Assembly (NCBI RefSeq): GCF_001194135.2
Contig: NC_068985.1
Coordinates: 119,282,151 to 119,346,150 of the forward strand
Source: Octopus bimaculoides
Lineage: Eukaryota
Length of the DNA: 64,000 bases
Reading direction: 5' to 3'
Both the position numbers and the translations under genes were made by a program. Shown here one piece after another: positions 1-12,225 of this stretch. How positions within the stretch are numbered: the first letter of the stretch is position 1; each line of letters opens with the position of its first letter. The notes beneath the pieces were generated by a model. It saw only the letters and a program-made list of their open reading frames with translations, did no database searches and had not been told where the DNA came from.

Positions 1-118
1 GTATTGTGAGGACTGTTTTTCCTAAATGTTATTTTTCAAGCATTGAAACATGGATGTAAAAACAAAAATCAGTTGAAATAAGAAAGACATTAAAGCAATT
101 CTTTATATCTTTTAACAG

Positions 119-228
119 GGCTATTCCAGAGTTCAAGGAATGTACCAGACCTATGTATACTTCCTGTTATTTTGATAAAGTTGATGTGTATGGTGTCTTT
201 GATTACATGTGTGGCCCAGGACGTGGAG
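119..228 (+). CDS. Uncharacterised Cys-rich type I membrane protein, internal coding exon A (AIPEFKECTRPMYTSCYFDKVDVYGVFDYMCGPGRG); earlier exons lie outside the window
   Basis: Acceptor tatcttttaacag|119 and donor GAG|gtaatt at 229. The exon is open, and its last G joins AG of the 3317 exon to give Glu. Cys spacing (C-x7-C ... DYMCG.GR.EF...CF) resembles DUF19/T20D4.11-like domains (family call from memory). Confidence 0.88.
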
Positions 229-1739
229 GTAATTAGTTGCTGTTTTGCTTTCAATAATTGACAAAATGTTTTTGCTGATTTTAGATTCATTTCTTTTTGC
301 CGCTTGATCAGAGAAGGTGGGGCAGCATTAGTAGCTTATGTGCAGGGTCTCTGAGACTAGTCAAAGTAACTTAAGATTATCTTATTTTCAGATGGTAAAC
401 TGGTCTGAATGTTTATAATTGTTTGTAGTCTCCTGCAGTCACTGAAGGAGATTGTTAAACCTGGCTATTTAGTCTGGATGCTTACAACAGATGAGGAGTT
501 ATGTGAGTTCCTAGATGGATGCCCCATGGGGCATTTGGCACTCCGTGTTCAAAATCATGTTGAGGCCAAGTATGCTTTCATCCTTTTGTAGTCAGTGTAA
601 AAGAAAAAAAAAACCCAGAGCAGTGTATTAGTGGAACTGTAACAATGTTGGACCAGATACCTTGTGGTATTTGTTTTGGCTCTTTGTGTTCTGAGTTCAA
701 ATCCCATCATGCCCTGCTTGGTTGTTAAATGGATCTTTGTTGGTTTCAGTGATGATTATTTGGTTGTTTGAACAACTGAATTAGCTGCTTATTAAAATAG
801 CTCCTCTTGGGAATTGCATACAGTTTAGTCTTTGAAGAAGCCAACAAGTGACTGGTGGGCAACTCAAGAGGATGTGCAAGAAAAATTAGGAAAACATTAA
901 GTGCAGATTCACAAGGAAATGTGCCCTATGTGAACCATTAATAGATTGACTACAAGTGTGAAAACCACCAGCAGTACCTGGCCACTTTAAGATCTGAACA
1001 TTGAGTACCTGGATACAGAGTATAAGAAGGCTGAGGGTAGTCATGGTTTAGGATGGGATGCTCTGATCAAATTCAAATGGTAGTTCTTCATCCTCACCTA
1101 CGTGTGAATAGATTGCCTTCATTGTGTTCATTTGTCTTTTAATCCATTTTTCATTCTGGTATAGGTTGGATTAGGCTCTATTTTGGGGCAGTGTTTTACA
1201 GTTAAATGCCCTTCCTATTAATAATCATTATTTTTTGAGCAAGTTTTTTTTTTTTCAAATTTTGTTGCTCTTTGAAAACTGAGTACCAGTATATATTATT
1301 ACCTGCAGGAAATGATAAACATGGCATCACTCTCTTTGCTCAAATGTAACATGCAGATATAGGTACTAATGTGCATACAACACCCTGGCCCCATGATAGA
1401 CTACTATATGGTTTCCATCAAATCAATAATTCCATTTACAAGGCTTTGACCAATCTGAGGCCAGTAGACACTTGACCAAGATGTCACATATTGGAATAGA
1501 ACCTAAAACGTGGTTAGAAAGCATACTTCATATCTATACAGTCGTGTGTGTCCGTGTGTCCATTTACTTGTGTAACTTAAAATATGCTTCAACACATGAA
1601 TTCACATAAAGAATCTTGCAAATCAAATACAAAAACGAAATCGTAATACAGGGTTGTCCATAAATTACCATTACAATTTGAAGAATTCAGAAAAAGATGA
1701 AAAATAAGGATAGCTTAGAGTTTATTGGAAAAGCATATA

Positions 1740-1959
1740 CAAGGCAGTGCTGAAAATTTCCTGGCTTTGGGTAATAAAAAAAAAAAAAAAATTCAGGCGG
1801 ATGAGTTATGATTTTATTCAACATGTTCCCCTCTCAGATTCACACATTTGCAGTGGTCCTTCAATTATTCTAAGCCCTGTAAAAGAAGTCAGACAGCCAA
1901 GCCTCCAACCAGGTCTTTCATGCTAGCCTTTAAGCCAGGAACTTTTCATTACTCCCTCA
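1740..1959. mobile_element. Mariner-type MITE, about 220 bp
   Basis: TA-flanked imperfect TIRs: caaggcagtgctgaaaatttcctggc at the left end and gccaggaacttttcattactccctca at the right end. Confidence 0.65.
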
Positions 1960-2429
1960 TATATATAATATATATATACATACATATATATGAAAACTTT
2001 AATATTTAACCTGCAAAGGAATTGATTGAGAGATCTCAACTTCAATAGATACAATAAATTATGGAAGTTGTAAAGATAGTTTATGGATACCTTGCTGCAT
2101 GCCTCATTTATAGCCCTGTATGTTTACTATTTGTGATATGTATGTATTAATGGGCCTTATTGGCAAAATAAATGAAAGAATTAATCTATTGGTAAAAATC
2201 ATTAAAGCACTGGACAAAATGCTTTGTGGTGTTTAGTTATCACCCTCTACTTCTGAGTTCAACTTCCAAGATTAATTTTGCTCTTCGTCCTTCCAGGGTC
2301 AATTAACAAGTACCAGTCATGTGCTGGGGTTGATTTGACTGTTCCCTCCTCCGTTTGATGCCATGTGCCTATATTGAAAAGTATAAGGGCAGTTGATTGG
2401 CAGAGATGCTAGTGTCAGAATACTTTATA

Positions 2430-2666
2430 CAGAGTGTTCAAAAAAGTCTCTCTGCAGTGAATTTTTTTTCTCCAAGATGTATTTCAAAACATGTGTAGAA
2501 GAGTCAGCTTATGTATTGAAAATGGACGACACTTTCAACAATACCTCTTATAAAGTTTTCTAAAGTCTTGTAAAGTCTAATATATTCTTTTGTAGTCTTA
2601 TATCATCTTATAAATATTTATTTTGCAATAAAACACTTACTGTGGAGAGACTTTTTGAACACCCTA
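2430..2666. mobile_element. Tc1/mariner MITE, about 237 bp
   Basis: TA-cagagtgttcaaaaaagtctctc ... gagagactttttgaacacccta-TA. The interior contains sequence resembling a transposase C-terminus (FQNMCRRVSLCIENGRHFQQY). Confidence 0.7.
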
Positions 2667-2800
2667 TATTTGTAGCAGCCCTTTACATTCTGAGTTCAGG
2701 TCCTACTAACCTTAACTTTGCTTTTCACCCTTATAAAGATGAGGTGGGGAGCAGGGCCAATAAAATATCAGTCAAGTACTGGGATGAGTGTAATCAACTG

Positions 2801-2833
<33 letters not shown>

Positions 2834-3316
2834 GCACCCTGAATTTATGGCTTTGTATCTGTTAGAAACCTTTATTATTATTGGTGGTGGTGGTGGTGGG
2901 GGAATAACAGATTGTTGGATATTGGATTTAATGTATTTCTGTTTAGTTCTTTGCCACTATGATTTAACCCTTTTGTTACCTTGTTTCAGTTGAAATATTC
3001 TGTTTAACTTTAAATTAAAAAAGAAAATTAAGACTATAGTAAAATAACTTGTCCTTATTAAGCTGATGTTTCAAAATATAAATTAACAGAACATTTTGAT
3101 GTAGGGTTTGTACCATAGAACCAAGAGTGGTCTTGGTGCAGGTTGGTATCGAAATGGTTAATCTCAATTTCTTCAGGATTTGGCTTTATCATCTCTCCAG
3201 GGTCAATAGATTAAAATACATGAGTAAGCAGGGCATCTTTTGAAACTAATTCAACTGCAGTCTTTATCCTTTTGCCAGTGTAAGAAATCATTTTGTTTTA
3301 TAATTTTTGTCTTCAG

Positions 3317-3434
3317 AGTTCTTGGAATATTCACAATGTTTCAACGATACCAACTATCTCAAAAAGTCAAAGACATGCAACCAGAAAATGAAATCTCAGC
3401 GCTTACATATACATAATATTGAAGACGTTTGTGA
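3317..3434 (+). CDS. Cys-rich membrane protein, exon B (EFLEYSQCFNDTNYLKKSKTCNQKMKSQRLHIHNIEDVC-D)
   Basis: Acceptor tttttgtcttcag| and donor GA|gtaagt at 3435. Open frame, phases match both neighbours, N-glycosylation sequon NDT. Confidence 0.9.
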
Positions 3435-4494
3435 GTAAGTATAATTTGATTATAGGCTAGTTTTAATTGACCTTTTATTTTTGTGTGTGTGTGTGTGGAG
3501 GGGGGGGGGGGGGATTTTTAAATTTTTTTTTTTTGTTCAAGTGGCTGTCAAGATCAGCTACTAAGGAGGTATGATATAGAGATCTTTCATTTTTCTTAGT
3601 TGCCACATGTTGTTGCTCTTAGGAGCACATTTAAAATGCTCTCCTGATATATTTGATGGCGTATAAGATGCACAGGCATATTAGATGCATTCCAATTTTA
3701 GCTGCGCATATTCAAGAAAATAAGATTTTTATGCATTAAAGCTTATGGGAGGCCAGACTTTGCATAGCACTTTTAGGTGGGGGGGAAAAAGCGTATCTTG
3801 TATCCCATCAAATAGAAAAGTTTTATGTGATAACCAATCATATACAATTGCAAACATTGATCTAAGCACTTATTTACATCTTTTATGTGATTTTAAAAAT
3901 TTTCTTGGTTTTGATAGAATCCAATGAAATGTTTTGAATGAAATTTAAAGATGTTTTATAATGTAAAAGTTTGATGTTAACAGAAATATGAAAGCATTGC
4001 TACAGCGTGTATGGCTACCAAAATATTGGTTAATGCTATATAATTTCTCAATTTTCATCATCCTAGTTTTAACACCAATTTATCCATGTTTGCATGGGTT
4101 AGACAGTTGATTGGGAGATATTTTCTACAGCTGGATGCCCTTCTTGTTGCTCACACTTAGCTGTTTCCAAGCATGGTAATATTTACCTGTGGCTAAACAT
4201 GTTTTTGCAAGATATTGGGGATGAATGTCAGTTTGTATATCAATGATATTCACTTAGTGCTACCATGTGGTGTCAAGACAAGAAGACACACACACACATT
4301 TCTGTTTATCTAACCCAGTCACAAGTAATTGTTCATGCAAGGAAACACTAGCACTCACGCTTTTCAGTTTTTGTCTACCAAGTCTATTCATAAAGCTCTG
4401 GCAGAAGTCCCCTGCCCAAAGTACCTCATAGTGGGACTGCACCTGAAACAGTGGTTGACAATGGTCTAATATCGAGAATGAATTATATTATATA

Positions 4495-5327
4495 CAAGGT
4501 GGTATCAAAAGATTCTCGGATTAGTTATGTAAAATAACTTTACCTAACCATTTCCTTCGAAATAGTCACCTCATGCAGCAATACACAGATCCCAGCATTC
4601 CTGCCACTTTTGGAATCTGGTCTGGAAGTCGTTTTCCATAAACAAGTTGAGGACCTTCTGTGATTTACTCTGGATCTCGACAACAGTGTTAAAACAGCCA
4701 CCTTTTGAACTGTCTTTTCATTTTGACGAAAAGATGGAAGTCTTCAGGTGCTAAATCTTGCGAATAGGGTGGGTGCGGAAGTGAAACCATATTTTAGGCA
4801 AGAAAGTTATGAGCGAGGAGAGCTCAGTGAAGAATCCGATTCTTCGTGCTCCACAGATCCGGTGGCTTTCATTGAATGTCCTCCCTCAAAAGCTTTGGCC
4901 ATGACATGAATTCTCAATGCACAGTACCACATTTCCAAGGGTGATGCTTGTGGCAGGTCTTCCAGATCATTTATCTTCGAGATGTGCTTCCACTTTTGAA
5001 ACGTCTGTGCGTACAATGACCCATTGCCTTGTGACTGTAAGCTTGCCAAAGCATGCCCAATGTCTCTGTAGCAGACTTCCATAGTTTAATGCAAAATTTC
5101 ATGTTTGCTCTTTGTTTCAACTTCCTGTCCATGACAAAAGTTGCAGACTACAACATATGCATGATCACAAAAACACAAATTTCACAACTTGCAAAGTAAA
5201 CATAGTGATGTCACTCAGTACACTGCCTCATAAAGATCACTGCTAGCTCTCACTGCACATGCATCCATGTGCTGGCATCTGTTGGTGCACTACAGAACTA
5301 GATGGAGAACTCTTTTATAGTGATTTG
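4495..5327 (-). mobile_element. Internally deleted mariner transposon
   Basis: Imperfect TIRs. The minus strand gives a decayed N-terminus (KLEQRANMKFCIKLWKSA-like) and C-terminal HPPYSQDLAPEDFHLFVKMK. Confidence 0.75.
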
Positions 5328-6099
5328 CATTATATTTAGTTTATTTTATTTTCTTTTTCTCTGTGTGCATGATTTTCACAGATTGTGCTGAAACCATTTT
5401 TGGGCCTACTTGTTTACCTATATGCTTGTCTGTGTCATGTGAGTATGGTGTGGGAACGGGGGTTTGTGTCACACTTAGATGCGACATTGTACGATAATTG
5501 TTTATAAGCAGTGGCTTCTTTTCATGTCTGTGAAAACTTGTCTGGTTATGGAGGAAATATTACCTTACTTGCAATGGTTGGTGACAGGAAGGTCATCCAG
5601 CTATATAAACTTTGCCCCAACATCCCAACATGTCACTCAGAATTCTGGGTGATTCAAGTAAGCATGGATAAGTAATCATTAAAACAATGATGATGATACA
5701 TATATGACGAGCTTTTTTCAGTTTCCATCTACCAAATTTACTCAAGGCTTAGAGGTTGGTTTGGGGCTGTGATAGAAGACACTTATGTTGTGCTAAATAA
5801 ACTGTTTTTTGTTTGTTTCAGCATGGATGTCTGTTTTTTTTTTTATAACTTTTTGTTTCATATTAGTATATATTTTTGTTGAGAAAGAAAGAAATAAGCA
5901 TAGATTGTACTGTCAAGGCACATAGTTCCTTATTCACATGTACCCCTTCTCTAAATAAGGTGCAATGCAATGGTTTATGGTCATAGGGTTCATTTTTGTC
6001 GTTTATTACCTTAAGCTCAGTTAGTCTTTCTCTTTCATCTTTTTTCTAATTAAATAGTTTGATTGGTTAATTTGCATTATTCTTTTTATTTAATTTCAG

Positions 6100-6236
6100 T
6101 TTGGAAAAGGAAGTAAGGACCTGTGCATTGAACATTGCAGGTGAATGTAGTCCCGGTTCCAGACACTTTATATCTGTTATCTTGGACAAGAGTCTGAAAA
6201 ACGTTTTGGTTGGCAAATGCTCTGGATTAAGCCACG
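6100..6236 (+). CDS. Cys-rich membrane protein, exon C (DLEKEVRTCALNIAGECSPGSRHFISVILDKSLKNVLVGKCSGLSH)
   Basis: Acceptor tttatttaatttcag| and donor CACG|gtaagg at 6237. Same frame as track ORF 6101..6331; phases are consistent. Confidence 0.9.
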
Positions 6237-6256
6237 GTAAGGACTTATCATCATCA

Positions 6257-7065
6257 AAGCGACAAGCTGGCAGAATCGTTAGCACACTGGTTGAAATGCT
6301 TAGCGGTATTTTGCCCGTTGCAACATTCTGAGTTCAAATTCCACCAAAGTCAACTTTGCCTTTCATCCTTTCTGGGTCAATTAAGTACCAGTGAAACACT
6401 GGGGTTGGTGTAATCGACTAGTCCCCTCCCTCTAAATTTCAGGCCTTGTCCCTTTAGTAGAAAGGATTATCATCATCAAGGTGACGAGCTGGCAGAATCA
6501 TTAGCATGTTGGGAAAAATGTTTAGTGGTATTTCATCTGCCTTCGTGTTCTAAGTTCAAATGCTGCTGGAGTCAGCTTTGCCTTTCATCCTTTCGGGGTT
6601 GAGAAATTAAGTACCAGTTACACACTGAGGTCAATGTTATTGACTGGTCCCCCATCTCCCAAAATTTCAGGCCTTGTGCCTATAGAAGGAATTATAATTA
6701 TTGTTAGGGTGGCGAGCTGGCAGAATTGTTAGCATGCTGGACAAAATGCTTAACGGTATTTTGTCGTCTTCACATTCTGAGTTCAAGTTCTGCTTTGCCT
6801 TTCATCCCTTCAGGGTCAATAAAATAAGTACCAGTTGTGTACTGGGTTAACATAATCAACTTAACCCCTTCTCTGAAATATCAGGCCTTGTGCTTATAGT
6901 AGAAAGGATTATTATTTAGGTAGTGAGTTGGCAGAACGTTAGCATGCTGGACAAAATGCTTAGTAGCATTTTGTCTCTTTACATTCTGAGTTCAAATTCT
7001 GCCAAGGTCATTGACTACCCCCTCCTCCAAATTTCTGGTTTTGTGCATATATTAGAAACAATTAT
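6257..7065 (+). mobile_element. Head-to-tail array of four SINE family-A copies (gagctggcagaatcgttagca...gcctttcatccttt...aggccttgtgcc...attatt)
   Basis: Units start near 6257, 6477, 6706 and 6917, each ending in an (att/atc)n tail; the last copy is internally deleted. Confidence 0.85.
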
Positions 7066-7499
7066 TGTTACTATTATTGCTAGCATAATGGCTTGAAGGG
7101 GTGTATTTGTCCAATTCACCTCTAGTACATATTTTAGTACTTTTTGTGTTGGTTGCTATGGCACTAGGCTAATGGTGAAAAAAAGTCAATTAAAAGCAAT
7201 AAACAAAACTATCTTTATCAATCAGTGAGAGACAAATACAAAGAAACACGACGGGTTTCCACGGTTTGTTTACCAAATTTACCCACAAGGCATTGGTTAT
7301 AGGGGGCCTTAATAGAAAACAGTCCCTACCTGTGCATACAAGATCCCTGTCTTACTGTTGATCTTGCAGAATTTGTGCAAGCTTGGGCAAGATTCTTTTA
7401 AGATGTTTAGTAGTCTCCTAGGCATGCAAGTTCCCTTCTCTATGCTCCTGAAGCTTATCCAAAGGGAAGGCTGCTACTCAGGGGTTAACATATGTTGTT

Positions 7500-8312
7500 G
7501 CAACCATTATTGTCAGAATGTGAAAAGCCTATTGTCTGAGGGATTCCTGTGTGTGATCAGCCATGCTGTACAGCAGTGAAACATGGGCTGTGACCGCTGA
7601 GGACATGCGTAGGCTTGAAAGAAATGAAGCTAGTATGCTTCACAGGGTGTGCATGTATGACAGTGTAAGCATCTTGAAAGAAAAGCTGGGTATAAGAGGC
7701 ATCACATGTACAAGAGAGATGACTGTGCTGGTATGGTCATGTGATGTTTATGGACGAGGACAGCTGAGTAAAAAAAATGCTGATCTTTGTGGAGGTAACC
7801 TGTTTGAACAGGTAGGCCCACGTAGACATGGGGCAAGGTGATGAAGCATGATCTTTGAATGTTAGGCCTCATGGAGGCAATGACAAGTGATCGAGACCTT
7901 TGGTGATATACATGCTTGAGAAGACTCATCAAGCCAAGTGAAATTGTACTCCTGGCTGATGCCAGTGTCACCTAACAGGCACCCATGCCAGTGACTTGTT
8001 AAAAGCACCCTGTGAAAGTTGGGCCTCACAGAGGTGATAAGTGACCGAGACCTTTAGGGATATGCCAAGCTTGGGAAGACTTGTCAAGCCAAGTGAAATC
8101 CTAGTTGTAGCTGGTGCCAGTGTCATGTAACTAGCACCCATGTTAGTGGCACATCAAAAGCACCCATTGGAGTGGTTAGTGTTAAGAAGGGGCATCCAAC
8201 AGTAGAAACCTTGCCTAATCAGATTGGAACCTAGTGCAGCTTACCAGTATCGGTCAAACCATCTAAACCATGCCAGCATGGAAGGTGGATGCTAAATGAT
8301 GATGATGATGAT
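7500..8312 (+). mobile_element. RTE-clade LINE 3' fragment (ORF end, 3' UTR, (gat)n tail)
   Basis: MLYSSETWAVTAEDMRRLERNEASMLHRVC and a GRP-x2-TW-like segment, followed by the typical tail ...catgccagcatggaa...gatgatgatg. Confidence 0.85.
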
Positions 8313-8868
8313 GATCTATATAACTAAATTGAAGTAGAAATATAAAATTTGTGTGTAATTTTGATATAAATATTGTAAAAATTTTTGTAATCACTTATTT
8401 TTAATGTAAACAATTAAGGGCAGTAGAGAATGAGTGTTGATAGGAAAGGAGTATGCAAGAGAAAGATGAAAATTGTTAAATAAAATAACAGGGGAAGGGA
8501 TTCAAATGAGAATAAGTGAGAAATTTTAGGGATATAGAAATAGAAGCAGTAAACAAAGAAGAGAGTGAGTTAGGAAGTAGTAGAAGGAAAAGGATACAAA
8601 TATGTTAAAAAATGTATATCACAATAAGTGTGTGTTTCCTGATTGACATGTAATGGAAATCTACAATAGGATTCTTGAAAACTATATTTTGATAGAAATA
8701 TATTAAAATTGAAATTTATGAGAATTTTCTAGACGGTAAAGACTTTAATAATTGCTTTCCGTTAATAAATGTTAATAATCACAGCTAATTAATAAACAGC
8801 TGTCTTTATTATATGAAAGATATGTAATATTAATAATTCTATCTCTTTAATATTTTCTATTTCCACAG

Positions 8869-8990
8869 AAACCTGGATGGGAATATATGTTGCTATTGCT
8901 TTAACTGTTGGAGTGGCAATTGCTGGCATTATTATTGGTGTAAAGCAATACAAGCAGAAGAACGCTATATCTCATAATCGTTTTTATTGA
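8869..8990 (+). CDS. Cys-rich membrane protein, terminal coding exon with TM helix and tail (ETWMGIYVAIALTVGVAIAGIIIGVKQYKQKNAISHNRFY*)
   Basis: Acceptor ttttctatttccacag|; G+AA gives Glu. A hydrophobic run of about 22 aa is followed by basic residues, with TGA at 8988-8990. AT-rich 3' UTR with AATAAA near 9197. Confidence 0.9.
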
Positions 8991-9947
8991 GTAATGTCTG
9001 AATAAGTCAGTGTCTTGACTTGAATTTATTTTAAAGTATGAATTAGATTTGTATGTGTGTGAGTATGTGTGTATGTGTACCCATATATATTTATATATAT
9101 ATCTAGTATACAGTCTGCCATGAGTTGCTATATAATAGCATATGGTTACAAGAACAGAAGTTGACTTTTATGCAAATGCTGTAATTGATTTTTTAAATAA
9201 AAACATTAACATCTAATAAGAACATAATACATTTTAGTGTGTGTGTGTGTGTGTGAGAGAGAGGGGGACAAGATTGACATTCTGACAAAGGCAGCTAAGC
9301 TGAAATTTTGAAGTTGGTCAACTTTTTCTTTGTATGAATAAAATAATCTGATACTTTAACTGGAAAGTATTGAGTGATCAGTCAATGTTTTGCTGGTTTT
9401 TTAATAGATATCTATACATTAAAACATACATATGCACATATGTGTGTGATTACATTGCAATGATGTTTTGCAAATATTTGAGGTATGGCATCTGTAAAAG
9501 ATGTTTGAAGGTGTTGTTCATAATGTTAGATGTCCAGCCAAACATTCCTTTCTCTTCTGACTGAACACTGAATGTCCAGATAGTAGTTCCTCATTAATCG
9601 ATTCCAAACAGTTTCTTACTTGCTAAACATTATTAGTTCTCCGTGTTGGTAGATTACTTCTGAACTTCTATTGTTCAATGTTGTTGAATTGAAATTGGAT
9701 GGATGTTGAAGTAAACTAAATACTACTTAGAAAGTCACATCTTACATTGCTGTCATGTAACTGACTGGTTTCAAAAAAGAAAACTTGTGCATATAAAATT
9801 CATTTTGTAGTAATTTCCAAATAAATTTAATTGGCTCTCACAATTTAACTCACTAATTATTATTTTATAATGTTATTGCATGGCAACTTATGACTGACTT
9901 TGCGTGTGTGTGTGTGTGTGTGTGTGTGNNNNNNNNNNNNNNNNNNN

Positions 9948-10026
9948 AACACAAACAAATAAACATAAACACAAACAAATAAACATAAACACAAACAAAT
10001 AAACATAAACACAAACAAATAAACAT
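9948..10026. repeat. 20-bp tandem minisatellite (acaaacaaataaacataaac) x about 4, next to a gap
   Basis: Exact repeats read directly from the sequence. Confidence 0.9.
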
Positions 10027-10362
10027 GGCTTCTAAAAAATTTTTCTTTAGTTTCAAATAGTTTACTTTATATACTCAGGCAATTTTTTAATACATCAGTA
10101 GTTTATTCATTTATATATAAAATTGTTTTTTCATTTTGAACTTGATGTTATATTATTTAGATTTAAAAAAAATAAGTATTAAAATAAAGAGTTCATTTTC
10201 TTTTCTCTTTTCTTTAATTCTTTGACATTTGTAAAACTTGTGTTGATATATGAATGTAAAAATCATTAAATTAAACAGAAAACTACTTGATTTCCGGCAT
10301 GTTTGCAATTATTTTTATTGTACAGAATATTTCTATAGATTTTAGCCAATACTATCTATTAA

Positions 10363-10565
10363 CCTTTAAGAATCAAATTCCTCTGTCAAAACTAAAGCTT
10401 ACTTATTCATATTGTTTTGTAATTGGTCATACATGATCTTGTAGCTTTGATATTTCAGTGATGTGATTATTTTTAAAATGACTTTGAAGTGTAAGTGTGA
10501 GAGGTCAGTTCTAGCCAGTTTGACCATAAAATGGGCTGGATATGGCCAGTTTAAATGTTAAAGGG
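10363..10565. mobile_element. piggyBac-like MITE (TTAA-flanked, ccctttagcatt...aatgctaaaggg family)
   Basis: TTAA at 10359-10362 and 10566-10569. Interior is shared with copies at 26.3, 47.7 and 49.8 kb. Confidence 0.65.
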
Positions 10566-10704
10566 TTAATGTGATGGATAAATGCAAACCTTGTCCTTAT
10601 AAACAATGGTCTTTGTGAACAGAAAAAAAAGTAAATTGGTTGAACAAGTATTAGGATTTAATAAGCAGCAGAGTATCAAAATAAAAAAAATAAAGTGAAG
10701 GTTT

Positions 10705-11010
10705 GTTGGTTAGAGCATTGAGCTCACAATCATGAGATAGTGAGTTCGATTCCTGGACTGGGCTGTGTGTTGTGTTCTTGAGCAAGACACTTTATTTTAT
10801 GTTGCTCCAGTTCACTCAGCTGTAGAAATGAGTTGGGACATCACTGGTGCCAAGCTGTATCAGCCTTATCTTGCCCATGGATTACATCAGTGGTGTGTAG
10901 AGGTGAGGCTGGTTGGCATGAGCGACTGCTGATCTTCCATAAACAACCTCGCCCGAACTTGTGCCTTGGAGAACTTTCTCAGTGCAATCCCGTGGTCATT
11001 CATGACCAAA
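10705..11010 (+). mobile_element. tRNA-derived SINE with CORE/V-like central domain
   Basis: A box (ggttagagc) and B box (gttcgattcc), followed by gtgttcttgagcaagacact...gctccagttcactcagctg. Confidence 0.75.
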
Positions 11011-11399
11011 GGGGGTCTTTACTCGTTACTGGTCAAATAATGGAGTCAGTTAAAGTGACACTCAATTCCATCCACAGATTTCTGTCTCCATGTCTGTTAG
11101 AAATGACTAGGGGTTGGTGGATTGTTTGAGTCAATTGAACATTGAATGCCTTGTGGTGTTACTTTCTTAAGTTCTAGGTTTAAATCCTATTTAAATCAAT
11201 TCTGTTTGGGGTTGATAAAGTCAAGTATGGGAATCAGTTTAATGGGCTAACCTATCCTAAATTTCTGGCTTTGTTTAATTAATTAGAACCTTCTTTTTTG
11301 TAACGGAATATTACTCTCAAAAACTTATTTTGAGATGGCTAGGTTGGAGCCATAAATGCCTAATAGTTTAGAAGTTCACGTCACAAACACAAGATTCTA

Positions 11400-12225
11400 G
11401 TTCCAACATTTTAGCTTCAGGTTGATTGTACTTTATCAAACAGTGCGGTCTTGTCACACTAGTTCTACTTGAGAATTATCTTGAGAGTACAGACTAATTC
11501 AATGAGCTGGTAATTCAGCAGTTGTCGTAGATCTCTACCACTAGCACATATCTGAGCCAGATGTATTAGATCCTGGGTCCACACATAGTTGCCCTCTGGG
11601 TAGTTTGACTTGAGCCATAGCAAGACATGGTACCTTAAACATCAGCACCCGCCTTTTCTCAAACTTTGTATATGTAGATAGGCATCTTTCTTCTGTTGGA
11701 GGCCACAGTCTTGAAGGCCATGACCTGGGCTGGACAATTTGTTTCGAAGGTGCCCTTGAGGTAATTTCTGCAGGTCACAACTGCATCCATTGTGAAGATC
11801 TTTGCATCAGAGAATTTTCAGTGGACTCATTCTTCTTGAGGTATGTGGGTATGTGAGAACCGTTTAGCATTTCTCCAGTCTGCTGGCTTTCATAGGTTCT
11901 TGTCGGCAGGTGTCTCAGGGTCCTAGTGTAGGACTTGAGGTCCAAGTCATCAGTCACAACTGTTCTGATTGTCTTGGGGTCCACTTTAAGTTCAGAAGCC
12001 AGCTTCTTTGTGGATGTGGTTGAGAGTGTTGAAGTCTTGATTCTACTTGCTGGTCCCACTACTGCCAGACTTCCTCTAAATGTTGTTGCCCATGTCCGTT
12101 CTCTTCTTGATGTTATAAATTGTGCATAAGGATACTCTGACTATACTTCAGATCTTCTTTGGATCGACTTGTGCACGAACCAAATCACATACTCTTTAGC
12201 ATTTGTCTTCCTGTACAGATATAAT
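11400..12225 (-). mobile_element. maT/DD37D-like Tc1-mariner transposase remnant
   Basis: KKLASELKVDPKTIRTVVTDDLDLKSYTRTLRHL and, downstream, RYHVLLWLKSNYPEGNYVWTQD; frameshifted and deleted. Confidence 0.75.

Noticed and set aside
409-591. Extra coding exon of gene 1 (SLKEIVKPGYLVWM...)
   Set aside because: Exons A and B already join in frame with a coherent Cys pattern, and the segment has no recognisable homology.
10710-10765. tRNA gene
   Set aside because: A/B boxes are present, but I see no acceptor stem and the sequence continues into a SINE body; it is a tRNA-derived SINE head, as are the family-B heads.
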